Positions 40,601-51,684 of a DNA stretch of 64,000 nt are shown in pieces. Each line of letters starts with the position of its first letter. Position 1 is the first letter of the stretch. Origin of the DNA: Thalia democratica (Eukaryota); the NCBI GenBank assembly GCA_965202585.1, contig OZ241832.1:56358001-56422000 (forward strand), in the 5' to 3' direction. The translations under genes and the position numbers were made by a program. The notes under the pieces were generated by a model, which was given only the letters and a program-made list of their open reading frames with translations, did not search any database and was not told where the DNA came from.

Positions 40601-43600
40601 TTTTTTCAAAGTTAAACTTTTCATCAACTCACTAACTCCCATCAAATTTTAATAAAATAACAATAAACTAACTTGGGCATCTGTTTTCTGACCAGTCTGG
40701 CGTTCACGGCTCCCATCAACCCCTCGGCTTCGTCGTGCAAAACTTCGATCTGATTGACCGCCTGCGCGATGATGGAGTTGCTCATGTGTGACGTGGCGAT
40801 GTGCCAGCCAATCACCGCGAAGCATTCCATGCAGGCGAGACGGGTCGACACGTTGTTGTCCATGAGTGAGCGCGCCAACCTGTGGTGTTGTTTGTTTTAG
40901 TTTTGGGGATTTTTTGATTATAAGAGTCTTGTTATCACGCTTTCTGCCAAACAGATGCAAACATATTTCCAAATTTTAAACATACATAGGGTTTTAATCT
41001 GTATGAGTTTTATAAATTATAGTAAAATGTGAAAATTACTTTCATTTCAGCATTCTTTTTCAGTTTTTTCTACTTGATAATCTAACATATTTACTACTTA
41101 AGTTTGTATTTAAAAAACCTCGGAAATTATACACGAAAATCATATTGTACCTCAAGCACATTCTGCTGATGTCCAATGGAGGCTTTCTGTTGTACTGAGG
41201 GTACTTCAACAATACAGAAGTGATGAAGTCCACCACCTCACTTCTCAGGTCCATCCATCCGTCCATGTTGTGCTTCCTCCACATCTGCTCCACTACCTGT
41301 TTCAATTAAGGGGATTTTTTAGTTTTAATGAGTGTGTTGGTTGATTTAATTATTCTGAGAGTGGATGCAAATAACTTCCCGGGTTTTAAAATCTGGAAGG
41401 GTATTTGTACCCACTGGCACAGGACTCTAATAAATAAATGAACTGAAAGTAGTTTCTCGTATTATATATCAAACAGTTGTGCAAATTGTATTCTAAAAAG
41501 CTTCAAATAAAAAACTTTAGTATACACTGTAACTTTAAGTTGTAATCTCACATTTTTATTCAATCTAACTTATTTAAGTGACCTCTGAAGTTCAAGTAGT
41601 TCATAACTATGTATTTTCATTAAACTTTTATAAGTTAAGAAACAGGACAATAGAACACGCACCTGTTGGGGTCCGCACAGGTCGCACATTTGGAAGAGTA
41701 TTTTGGCGATCTGGGTCCTGATGCTGACGTTGGAGTTGCCCATCTGGGTAATCACCGTCGCCGCGAACAACTCCAGGTGAGGAGTCATCTTGAAGCTCAC
41801 TTTGCGGAGGATGACCTGTGAAAATGTGAAAATATAAACTAAAATTATGAAAACAACTTTAAAGGACTGATATTCATTCGGGCTAAAGTTACAAGAAAAT
41901 ATTAGTAACTTAGTTTGTAAAATAAATCATAATGTAAGTACTAATAGCATCTTAGAACAAGCTGTATATATTTAAAAACGCCTTGACGTGGATAAGAAGA
42001 TGACACAAACTAACTGTCATATTATTCTTATTTTTTATCAAATTTTGATTAAGAAATCTCACCTGCAAGCAGCTCAACGAAGTGGAAACTATCTGCAGGT
42101 TCTTGTCCCTCACTGTGGACTGCAGGATGCTCACTAGTGTGAACGTGCAGTTAGTCAGCTTGTCCGCGTTCATCTCCGGAGACTCCAGTATCCTCTTCAC
42201 TTGCTCCACCGCCTTCAGCCTAATTTTAAACGTAAATTTTGTTCGTACTTGTTCAAATTAAAAATTTCTGTTTTAAGAAGTGCAAATTTGCTAACAATAT
42301 CTTTTAACAGAAATATTAAAAGAATAGAGAAACAACTAATTGTCCTCCACAAAGAAATTCAATATCTTATCATTTTGACATCCACATTAAACTGTCGCAC
42401 AGAAATAGTTTATAAAATACTCAAGTCAAATTAATGAAGTTTAAAAAAGCAACCAACCTGATGGTGCTTATGGGGCTGGCTAGTTCAATCAAGTTCTGCT
42501 TGGTGAGGAAGGGAATGCCGAAAGTGTTCTCCACCTGCTCCATATCCCTCTCCCGCAGGTGCCTCCTCTGCGACTTCTTCCCCTCCCCTCCCGTCGGGCT
42601 CCACTCGTCCAAACTCACCGAGTTGTTCCGCGGCTTGGGCGGCGGCACCGTCTCCGGCGACCAGGCGATGCTCTTGCTGGGCGCGATGCTGATGTCCGTG
42701 TCGCTGTCGACGCCCAAAATTTCCCTGCTCTCGCTGGAGGGGATGATCCTGCGCTTGGCGAGGAAGGCCTGCAGCGGTTGCGGCAGCCTCTCGATGCACT
42801 TGCTGAACTGCGCCGCTCCCAGGTAGTCGCCGACGATCTTCCACACCTTCCTGAGCGTCGAGCCGTCCTCCGAGCCCTCCTCCTCGTCGAAACCGAGCAC
42901 CAGGGTGTGCACGACGTCGAAAAAGTCCTGGTGCTTGAACTCGGGGAAGAGCAGCGACGGGAAGCTGACCAGGACCTGGTTGAAGAAAAATGCTTGTTTT
43001 TATATCAGAGTATTTCAAGACTAATTATCATTAATAAAAAATAAATAGTAAAAATACTTTTTTTGAAACTTTTAATGTGTTGCCACAAAAGAAAACAATT
43101 AAGGTGTCATATTGTTAATAAAATAAATTAGTTATCATAATATGTTTTTAAATATTGAAAAAATTAAAATACAATAGCAAAGCATTTAAAACAATACAAG
43201 CTGCTGCAATGGATTATTACTTTTCTATTAACCATAGATGATTTATATACAAATATACTACAATAATTAATTCTCTCTCACCTGGTGCCTGGTCTTCTTG
43301 TCCTTGTGGCGCAACCCGTCGTAGGCCAAGGACTGCACGACGTACTTGAAGTCCTGCGTCCTCTTCATGTACTGGTGCACCGTCTGTATGGACTCCCTTT
43401 GCAATTTGTGCTGGTTGCTCCCGATGTTGCACACCACCCTGGTCATGATCTTCTTCATGCACGGGTCCACCTCGTTTTGCTTCAGCAGCGGTATGAGCTT
43501 GCTGACGAGCATCGTGCACTGGATCTGGTGGGGAGTCGACCTGCGTGTTTTGGTAAAATTAGCATAAAATCTCATTAAAAATATTTAAATTTATAAAAGC

Positions 43601-46072
43601 ACATATTTATTAAGCAGACTTTTTAAATATAAACCAGAATGCAAAATGCATGTGCTCTAACATTTCATATATGTAATAAGTAAGTATAAAACTAAAAAAA
43701 ATTTAAAGTAACTCAAGAAATATGCATTCACGTCAACAATCATGAAAATACATCAAAGTTACCTGTAATCGGCCAGCACCCTGTGGAACTGTTCGAACAG
43801 CACGGACCTGTCCAGCAGGGCCAGCATGTTGCTGTTCCTCGTCACGTTCTTGTCGATGTAGTGGAGCGCCTGCTGCCGGCTCTGAGCGTTCGATAATAAT
43901 TCCACCAGGATCTTCTCGTCCAGGATGCCCTGCATGTGCGCGTCGCGGGAGATCCTGTTCATGTCCGCCTCTTCTTCCTTGCTCTTGAGCCTCGACGGGT
44001 GCGGGGGTTTCTGGGCGAGCAGCTTGGGTTCTGGCGGGCTGTCCTGCTTCTTGCCCTTCCTGCTCGACTTCAGGTGCACCGTGGGCTTCCAGTTGGGGTC
44101 CTGCTGGAGGATGGAGCAGGGTTCGGGGATGTGTCGCCTCGCGGTGAGCTTGACGGGCTGCGACAGCTCAATAGTCTGCTGCAGCAGTTTCGTCGACTTC
44201 GACAGTCCCCTGGATTGATCGGGTTTGGGGGCTTTTTTCTCGACTACTTTTAGCGGCTGTACCAGGTGCAGGTCCCCTTTGGGTTTCTCCTTGGGGACGA
44301 TTGCAGGCAAGAGGGTGGGCTTGCTGTTGGAGCTGGGTTGTTGGGGCGGCGGTCGCTTGGCAACCCGGTTCTTTAGCGCGAAAAGGGGGTTGTTGTCGCC
44401 GTGGGAGTTGGCTGTCTGGCCCCTCTGGTTTCTTCTTTTTCCTCCTCTTTTAGGGGTTTGCCCTTTGAGGCGCTCTTCTATCTGACGGTCACTCTCCTTG
44501 GCTGTTTATGAATAGAAAAATATGAATGAGAGAACTAGCAGAGGGCGAGGTTGAAAATTATTCTGAGGGTGGCAGTTACAGAGTCCATTTTTAATTATCT
44601 ACCACTATTTTAATAATTGTTTATCTATTTAAATTATAAAACCTGTAAAGAATGAGTTTTTTAATTGAAAGTTTTCGAACTTTTTTCTTACAAGCAAAAC
44701 AGTCAAATTAATTATTTAGAGTAGGTACTAGACTACAAAAACATGAAATAAAAATAGCAGATGATTATAATTTAAGATATAAGTTTAGTATTTTTTCAGA
44801 AAGAAAAAAACCTAATTGTTTGGTACTAAAACAGTCTTAAACTGCAAACTTGAATAAAAATTATTTTACATAACAATAAAACAGAGTTCAAATAAAGTAT
44901 TGCTTAACAATTTAGCATGGTGCAACAAAAGTACTTTAAAGCAGGCAGATTGTCAATATTTTCATAATAGCTCGAGAGCTCTTAGACTTGATTAAGTGGT
45001 TATTTAATTTCATAAAATGGAAAACGTGCAAAATGACAAACTTTTACTGTCATTTGTGATACTTAAACTTTAAAATACGTTTTATTTTTCTAAAAATAAT
45101 CAATAGTTTTTCAACTATACTTGACCTTACCAAAAAAATTTTAAGCAAAATTATTTAAAAAAAAGTTAGATTAAGATTAAAATATTAGTTAATTTTTTAA
45201 ACAATTGCTAAAAGTTCATCTACAAAATTTAACTAAATACAAGTTTTTGTGTCAAGAATATAAATAAGTCAAATAAATGCAATACTTGTAACAAAGACTG
45301 TTTCGATTTTATTCAAATACCTTAAATTACTAAACTTAGATACGATAAGTTAAAATATTTATATATATCTATAGAAGATAACACATACTAAGTTTAAAAT
45401 CAATGCTTTAAGTTTATTTTATAAGTCAAAAATAATTAAAGCTAACAATAAAATGTATATGCAGCCAAATAAACTTAACAGCAAAATATAAATACTGGTT
45501 TAGATATTATTCGCACAAGAAATGTTCAAGCTAACAAAAAGAGTCATTTAAATAAAAAAAACAAAGAAAGAAACAGCTAATATTAAATATAAACTTTTAA
45601 AAAACGTTTTAAAAAGTTTACATCCCACTAAATCAACTAAAAAAGTTAGAACAAAAGCTTTCAAATCAAGCAACACCATTTGCAAACAAAACAGTGTTTT
45701 AATGTTGCACTTGTTACTTAAACAACTATTTCTTTAACAATAAAATTTAAACTCAACATTTTCACAACAAAGAAACATTTTACGAACTTTTTTAACAGCT
45801 AAAACAAACTTTAAACTTAAAAAAATCATATCTTGCGCTTTTTCAAGCCACCTAAGACTTAGAGCTGTAATCGTTTCAATTGCATGTTTGAGTATTGTTG
45901 CTTGAGGTTAGCCTAATCCCTAACAAAATATTTTGCTCCGCTTTGCTTTGTAGCGCCAGTCAATTATACGAGGTTTGATGCGCTTTTATTGCTTAAAACG
46001 TCGCGGACATAACAAAACACAACAAATAAACTCACAGTGGACGTCGGGTAGAATTAAATTCGGCTTTTTCAT
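25380..46072 (-). CDS. TOGARAM1: TOG array regulator of axonemal microtubules (TOGARAM1/FAM179B/Crescerin/che-12-like), 32 coding exons, ~1967 aa
   Basis: All GT-AG exons join in phase from ATG 46072 to TGA 25382-25380, total 5904 nt. Family-like motifs: VRDKNLQIVSTSL (TOG2), KPALARSAS and SIRRSAQDKRARM (linker), NLRSQVSRVAV, TNVFMREEIDKTL, DSHQDVRYHGR (TOG3), TSNSKANLLALE, LLGPFCNQAKFAQGKA (TOG4). Confidence 0.9.
25922..26008 (-). CDS. TOGARAM1: TOGARAM1-like exon 31
   Basis: ANILLGPFCNQAKFAQGKARKYAFEKLT. Confidence 0.9.
26247..26457 (-). CDS. TOGARAM1: TOGARAM1-like exon 30
   Basis: VLEVFSTLLTTSNSKANLLALENF...NICSKI. Confidence 0.9.
26808..26942 (-). CDS. TOGARAM1: TOGARAM1-like exon 29 (TOG4 start)
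   Basis: STEDLKDILSRVNKGDFQSKKEAF...DSFKK. Confidence 0.85.
27193..27300 (-). CDS. TOGARAM1: TOGARAM1-like exon 28
   Basis: GLKSAHIGGKRAS...SYINQQ. Confidence 0.85.
28012..28188 (-). CDS. TOGARAM1: TOGARAM1-like exon 27
   Basis: TSQFIVDSHQDVRYHGR...HQIKER. Confidence 0.92.
28587..28707 (-). CDS. TOGARAM1: TOGARAM1-like exon 26
   Basis: HKNKDIRSACSNYV...QRLFEC. Confidence 0.9.
28914..29053 (-). CDS. TOGARAM1: TOGARAM1-like exon 25
   Basis: FPLKALVIEYGKTNVFMREEIDKTLEAM...LDIGA. Confidence 0.92.
29319..29417 (-). CDS. TOGARAM1: TOGARAM1-like exon 24
   Basis: VSNLRSQVSRVAVSTLCSLY...DIDLE. Confidence 0.92.
29851..30011 (-). CDS. TOGARAM1: TOGARAM1-like exon 23 (TOG3 start)
   Basis: KDLQQALTQM...ELWKQIA...VVRLLSKQ. 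Confidence 0.85.
30262..30357 (-). CDS. TOGARAM1: TOGARAM1-like exon 22
   Basis: NRRSTLNKTDSF...SNASFS. Confidence 0.7.
30583..30702 (-). CDS. TOGARAM1: TOGARAM1-like exon 21
   Basis: VQYSNQFSPS...NFNKR. Confidence 0.75.
30956..31130 (-). CDS. TOGARAM1: TOGARAM1-like exon 20
   Basis: NRPPMHKRNS...MKLVGVGI...INVKGR. Confidence 0.8.
32028..32133 (-). CDS. TOGARAM1: TOGARAM1-like exon 19
   Basis: SPTNSEKQ...SPTQPIIN, GTAAGT donor. Confidence 0.75.
32750..32886 (-). CDS. TOGARAM1: TOGARAM1-like exon 18
   Basis: ASMASIRRSAQDKRARM...AQSSF. Confidence 0.85.
33171..33340 (-). CDS. TOGARAM1: TOGARAM1-like exon 17
   Basis: ESAIEAQSSRMSKHAPSP...SEMPHN. Confidence 0.8.
33606..33864 (-). CDS. TOGARAM1: TOGARAM1-like exon 16
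   Basis: NTMTSAEKF...SGYHSL...LTSQAS. Confidence 0.8.
34159..34289 (-). CDS. TOGARAM1: TOGARAM1-like exon 15
   Basis: AESRMIMTKPALARSASKHRKK...PRNL. Confidence 0.85.
34648..34878 (-). CDS. TOGARAM1: TOGARAM1-like exon 14 (contains 3x21-bp TSQRDS repeat)
   Basis: VIEEQLPASS...MTSQRDSVTSQRDSFTSQRDS...SEKSMS. Confidence 0.8.
35182..35406 (-). CDS. TOGARAM1: TOGARAM1-like exon 13
   Basis: RNSYMPSFAAHDSS...SSKVAS. Confidence 0.85.
36072..36204 (-). CDS. TOGARAM1: TOGARAM1-like exon 12
   Basis: IRSSHQSPSLRRQ...YKSSTQ. Confidence 0.8.
37969..38181. mobile_element. hAT (Charlie-type) MITE in intron 11 with 8-bp TSD
   Basis: tactaaac|caggggtcggcaaactgcggcccgcgggcc...cctgccgacccctg|tactaaac. Confidence 0.93.
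38632..38940. repeat. Three tandem ~125-150-bp units, each beginning with a copy of the exon-11 3' end/donor
   Basis: acctgtgg(a/g)gc(g/a)t.(c/t)tgtga(g/a)ga occurs at ~38632, 38758 and 38904. Confidence 0.8.
38906..39096 (-). CDS. TOGARAM1: TOGARAM1-like exon 11
   Basis: SPFKNSF...RKQLSNKMFPWTSS...QYAPQ. Confidence 0.85.
39320..39442 (-). CDS. TOGARAM1: TOGARAM1-like exon 10
   Basis: QEGVFMPRDNSYSSRE...KVLQGP. Confidence 0.8.
39973..40091 (-). CDS. TOGARAM1: TOGARAM1-like exon 9
   Basis: FNRTTLLMEYSKQPSYATADVIW... Confidence 0.85.
40515..40575. repeat. Short hairpin element (22-bp perfect inverted repeat); diverged copy at 41360-41415
   Basis: ccaatggatacaaacatcttcc-tagagttttataatctg-ggaagatgtttgtatccattgg, followed by cacagg in both copies. 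Confidence 0.85.
40673..40879 (-). CDS. TOGARAM1: TOGARAM1-like exon 8
   Basis: LARSLMDNNVSTRLACMECFAVI...AVNARLVRKQMP. Confidence 0.9.
41151..41296 (-). CDS. TOGARAM1: TOGARAM1-like exon 7
   Basis: VVEQMWRKHN...RSEVVDFITSVLLKYP...ISRMCL. Confidence 0.9.
41663..41815 (-). CDS. TOGARAM1: TOGARAM1-like exon 6
   Basis: VILRKVSFKM...QMGNSNVSIRTQ...CGPQQ. Confidence 0.9.
42063..42219 (-). CDS. TOGARAM1: TOGARAM1-like exon 5
   Basis: LKAVEQVKRIL...VRDKNLQIVSTSLSCLQ. Confidence 0.9.
42458..42975 (-). CDS. TOGARAM1: TOGARAM1-like exon 4
   Basis: VLVSFPSLLFPEF...IELASPISTI. Confidence 0.9.
43282..43540 (-). CDS. TOGARAM1: TOGARAM1-like exon 3
   Basis: STPHQIQCTMLVSKLIPLL...YDGLRHKDKKTRHQ. Confidence 0.9.
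43763..44501 (-). CDS. TOGARAM1: TOGARAM1-like exon 2
   Basis: KESDRQIEERLKG...LFEQFHRVLADY, 739 nt open. Confidence 0.9.
46036..46072 (-). CDS. TOGARAM1: TOGARAM1-like exon 1 (start)
   Basis: ATG...MKKPNLILPDVH, T|GTGAGT, phase 1 matches exon 2. Confidence 0.75.
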
Positions 46073-46188
46073 TCGGTTTCGTTGATCAGATTCGATTCTA
46101 ACTTACTTTACGATTTTGGTTTTGCGAAATTATATTAAAAAAGTTAGATGTGGAATTTTTTATCGCAAATCGAATTGTTACGTCCTTA

Positions 46189-46202
46189 GTTACCGTAGAA
46201 AC
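46189..46202. promoter_or_regulatory. RFX X-box-like motif upstream of the ciliary TOGARAM1-like gene
   Basis: GTTACCGTAGAAAC (minus strand GTTTCTACGGTAAC) fits GTHNYY-NN-RRNAAC and lies 117 bp upstream of the ATG, within a CpG-richer patch. Confidence 0.65.
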
Positions 46203-49200
46203 GAAAATTGCGCTCGCAAAAATTGTATGAAAATGTGCATGCCTTGTATTTTGTCCACTTATAATTTGTCTAGGGCTGGAAAAAATCATTTAGACTTTGT
46301 TTTTATTACCGCTTAGTTTTACTGCAGATATAGTTGTAACTTTAAAGCTGGTTCAAGCTGTAAAGCATTTGAATGAGCATTAATTTTGTATAAAAATTGT
46401 CTGCAGTGACTTATTAAGTAATTACTAAGTTGTAATAAAACCAAAGGTAACATATACTTTATTAAATTATTTTTTGTAATTAATTAAAGGTTTTATAGTT
46501 TCATATTCACCATTACATAGTGAAAACAATATTTCCAATGTAGTTTAAACGTGTTCCAAAACATAAAAAATTATACCTTTTAGTTATAAAAGCACAGAAA
46601 AAATACCATTAATACATGTTTTTAAACTAAAAATAATATCAAAGAATTATTCAACATCAAAGAAAACAAACTAAACATTCATGACTTCAATCATGTTTCA
46701 GTTATTATCTTAGTGCTTAGTACATATTTATGTTGCTACAGAAAACTTGAGTTTCTAGATCAAGCACTGCTTTGTTGCGTTAATACTATTTTCTTTTTAT
46801 CTGTATAATATGTTAAGCAGAACTTTGTCCGGTTTATTTCAGTTCTATTTTCTACGAAATTAAATTTTGCGTGGGTTAAGAAATACCAAAAGGACCTTAA
46901 ATTTTAAAATCCTCAGTATTACTCAACCACACAAAAAAAACTTTCTACTCACAACATAAAGAATTTAAAAAGAACACTTGATACTTTTTTTTTTATGTTA
47001 AGGCTTGTTGCAAAAATTTGAATTTTTTTTATGAATATTCAAACAATTTTCTACTCACAATTGTTTTAGAGTGCAACAACGTATAATGTAATTATAACTT
47101 GATTAACAATGTCAAGATATACGTAAAACATTGAACAATATACCCTTTTTACACCAATATGACCACAAAAACATATACTGATGACTTTAAGTTACAGTTT
47201 TTTATAAAAATTTGAAATGATTTACTTAGTAAATTAATTAGAATAACATACAAATAGGTTATAGTTTGAAAAAAATGAAGTTTTTTTAATGGTTCGGTAC
47301 TACACTTTAAAATTAAAAAAATGTTACAAAAAAACACAAAATATAAAAAAGTGAACAAAGTAATTTGAGAGTAAATTTAAGTTTTAAGTTTATAGTTTTT
47401 TATGATTTCTATAAAACAAAGAAACAATATTTAAGAACTTCATTGTTGAATGTTAAAGATAAATAAAACTATTAAAAATAACTGACTTGTATCTTGCTGA
47501 AGTTTAGCTAGAATTCAAAAGTTTAACATAAACTTTACAAATCGTCTACTTAAATCAAAATTCAAGTTTAAAAACTACAACTTTGTAATGAAAATTAAGA
47601 GCTGATTAAACAAAAAAATTAACGTTCAGTAAAAAAATAAATATCTATCTTATCTATTTTAATTCTGAAAATTTCTACACATCTCTAACTCGTCTGTTTA
47701 TATTTAAAACTAAATATATTTCAACTTTTCCATTAATTTTTAGTTTTACATTTAGATACTTTTTAAGTCGCTATGTAAAACAGTTTGTAGAGTTGTTTTG
47801 ATTAGTTATAATAGTGATAAGGTCATTTAAAAGAATATTAATATTGAATTTTTAGTAACTATGAAGAATTTAGCTTGTAAAAATAAACATATAAGCATTC
47901 TAGCATGAGTAAAACGATTATGTATCAAAATATTGTAACATTAACACTAATATCTATACTCAAGTTTTAAACTTAATAACAGTACAACTATACTTTTCTT
48001 TAAATGATATATTTTATTTTTTATAAAAAATTTTAATACTCTTATTAGCTATATTAATAATATTAAATAAAACAAAACCTACATACTGACACTTTTAGTT
48101 TATGAAAATATTAATTGTTTCGTTCAAAACTATTTGTAACATTTTTTGACATATGTGTTTATAAATGCTAAAAATTATAAAACTAATCATTCAAAGCTTT
48201 TTTTTTGTTAGATACTTAAAATGATTTATTTGTGAACTTTTTTAAGGTTTTTACAGCATATTAAGTTTTATAATTAAACAAATAAATAGTAGTAAAATCT
48301 ATAAGTTGTTAAAACAAACACCATTGTAGTCAAAACAGACTTATGTTTACATTGGTGTGTGAAGAAAAGTCTGTTTTTTTGATTATGATATGACTTTGAA
48401 AAATAAAAAAGCGATCCAACTATACAAAGTTAAAAAAGAAATAACAGATAATTAAACCAGAAAAAGAGTTAGATACACTTGTATTAAAAGCACGACGAAA
48501 TAAAATTATAGGCATGATTAGAACTATAAAATATAATAACTTATTTTAAATTTTATGATCATTTAGGTTTTATTAGATCATTGATTATTCGGCATTAAAT
48601 TTTTCAAAATAACTAAAAGACTTTGTTAAAGATATATAAAAACATTAAAAATCACCACTTAATTAACTTAACTTAAAGTTTTTAATTTAGCATTGTTTAA
48701 ATATTTATTTAAATTGACAAACTTTTAATCAGCTTTTTACATTAGTTTTTAAAAATTAAAACTCTCTGTGGATCTAAAAAAATTAGAAGCATCAAAATTC
48801 ATTTGTTGAAAAAATAAAAGTAAAATGCCAAGTTTTTAATCAACAAAATAAAAGTTAGGTTAAACAATTAAATAAGTAGAACAACACTGAAACTAGATAC
48901 AATAAAATCGAACATAACCTTCCGAATAAGAACTTCAAAGAAACAAACTAATAGAAAAGGCTAGACGTAAACAAAAAATAGTTTGTGCAATATTTGAGAG
49001 CCAAGATACTTTATAATTTTTTGGTAAGTAGCGCTTGTAGGCCGCAACTTATAATTTTTTGTCTGCCCTTGTGAAGATTACATGAAAATTTACACAACTG
49101 CAAACAACAAGCTTTAAATTACGACAAAAACTAAACTATCAGTTTAAAAAAAAGGTGATCAACAAGTACAAAAGTAAATGGTCCTGATAAAGTCATTGTC

Positions 49201-51684
49201 ATTTGTTTTGTTAACATTCAATGTGTTCTAAACATTCTTAAACTCTTAACATAAGCAAACAATTTTATTTTAACACACAACAGACAATCTATCGAATTAT
49301 TTTAGGAAATTATATAAAGATCAACAGCTCCAAACCGTGTGAAATAGCTACTTGAAAATTTGAGGTGCAACTTCTATTTTTGTTCCAAGAACAAATAAAT
49401 TAGTGTAAATATTTTATGCTTTTTACCACTATGATTTCAATTCATAAATTTTTATATAAAGTTGTTACATGGGATAGATAAAGTTCACACGTTAGAATAA
49501 GAAGAAAAGTTGCTAAAAGTCATAAAAACCTAAAAATGTTTTTTATATACTTTAAACTTTTAAAATAAACCTTGACACCTAAAGCACCTTTAAAAATTTG
49601 TACGTAACCATAAAGCTTAAAAACACAGAAAATTCATACATTTCAAGTACCTATCATTGACTTCAGATTATAATCAAAACAAAAATGTTTAACTAAACCC
49701 AAAATTAATCCATGAAAATAATTTTTGAACTATTGAAAGTAAAACTTCGGTGATAATAATTATTATAAGAAGCTTGCGCAGAAAAGACTTTGTTTAAACA
49801 TGTATCCAGGACATCAAACTATTGTACAAACGAAAACACGGATATAGTACATTGGCGGTAAAAGTACAAATTAACGAACTATGAAATAGAATTAACAAAA
49901 CATTTGTTGTGAGTTAATTTAGAAACACTTATTGGAGATAAATAATTAAAGAGTATACAAAAGCTTTACCGGTTATGGTAGTCTTACCATTTATACTAGT
50001 CAGATAAGAAATTCATTTTACTAATTTAATGCAAAAACTAACAAAGTTTGAAATAATAAACTTCCTCTCATTTCCTAACAACTTGAAATAGAACAAGACA
50101 TAAAGTTCCAATAACTAAACCTTAAATATACATGATTTCTTTAAAGTATACTGAAAAACTTTAAATTGTTTAAAAAAACAAAATGTTTTATAAAAATAAA
50201 ACATTGATCAAAAAAATAAAGCTTAAAAAAACAATTAATGTTTATTTTCACGAAAGTTTTATTAAGATTTTGTTTTAAACGGTTCCTGATTGTTGAAAAT
50301 ATTAAAAATATAAATAAACTTTATGTAACATGGAAATTAAGTAGTTTTTAATAAAATAAACAACAAAAAAAAAATAAATTTCAACGTAGGGTTTACAAAA
50401 AATATCGATCCGAACTTGAACTATAAAGAATATGCCGCTTTCATAAATAATTTATTCCACAACATTTTAACCTAAATTCGCTGACTTTATTGGTTATGAT
50501 AAATGTGTTTAAACGTTTGAAATTAAAACATTTGAAATTTTAGTGTTTGTTATAGAAATAGAGTCTCAATTTGTTTTTAAAACATATGTTTATTATTTAA
50601 AACATATTATTTCATTTTCAAGTTTTCCAAACGAAAGTTCATTATTAAGTTTATAAAAAATTCTAAAATATAGCAAAAAAAAGTTTCAAGTTCTTTGAGA
50701 ACTATTTAAAAGTTTTTGATAAGTAAGCTTTACATAAACATAACCATTAGTATTTTTTACATTTGCTTTACCTTTAGAATAACTAAAAACACCTTCAAGT
50801 TAACTTTTGTGTAACTTAAACAACTAAAAAATCTAATATAGTTAAATACTTATTAAGTTTAAAGCACTTTCGCTTTTTTTTTTATTAAAACAGTATATGC
50901 AAATAAAATCTGTAAATAAATAAAAGCTCACCTCCTTTCTTGAAAATACTTCAGATGGTCCGTTTTAAGTTAACTTATAAACAAATTTTTCTTACTTACA
51001 AAACACGATTATAAAATAAATTTAAAAAAATGTATGATTGAAAAAAAAAAGTATTTCGTATAAATCACTAATAAACTGTAACATTTTTTAATTTTTTATA
51101 GAGCGCTAAAACTTACAAAGTTGATCAAAAATACAAAAAAAGAACAAATCATATACTTTAAAGAACTTTTCTGACAAAAATTCAAATAAAACACGTGAAA
51201 TTTTATGTAAATGAGAAAAGATCTATATTAATAATTTATCTATAAGCTTAGAATATTTACTGGCTAAAATTTAAATCATTTTTCAAATAAAAAGTTTGTA
51301 TAAATAATTCAATTCGAAATAAAAGAAACCTTAAAAGCTGTTTTATTTTTTTACAACTTTGTAGGAACAAAAAAACTAAATAAATACTTGAAGTATGTTC
51401 AAGTGTATTATAAAACTGCAAAATAAAAATCAAAAAGTTTATAACTATAAGCTTGTGCATAAAAACCATTTGTATTCGGTTCATTATCAAACTTTTTTTC
51501 ACAAATTCTTAACTAAAAGACTTAAAAACTTTAAAGATTTTTTTTCACAAATTCTACAACTGAAAGACTTGCAAACTTTAAACAATAAGTTCAAATAGAA
51601 ATTATTGACTTTAAGTTTAAAATAAGCAATTCTTCAAGCACAAATAAATCGTCTACTTTAGTAAATGAATATACAGTAACTTAC

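Noticed and set aside
42434-44485. Several long + strand and alternate-frame ORFs in the ORF track (42434, 42485, 42559, 43285, 43346, 43925, 43936, 44225)
   Set aside because: Shadows of GC-rich TOGARAM1-like exons; same for 25390, 27973, 28019, 30970, 32696, 33142 and 33761.
50932-50973. Exon-like segment with GTGAGC donor between the two first exons
   Set aside because: Stops in all three frames from the nearest acceptor; at most non-coding.
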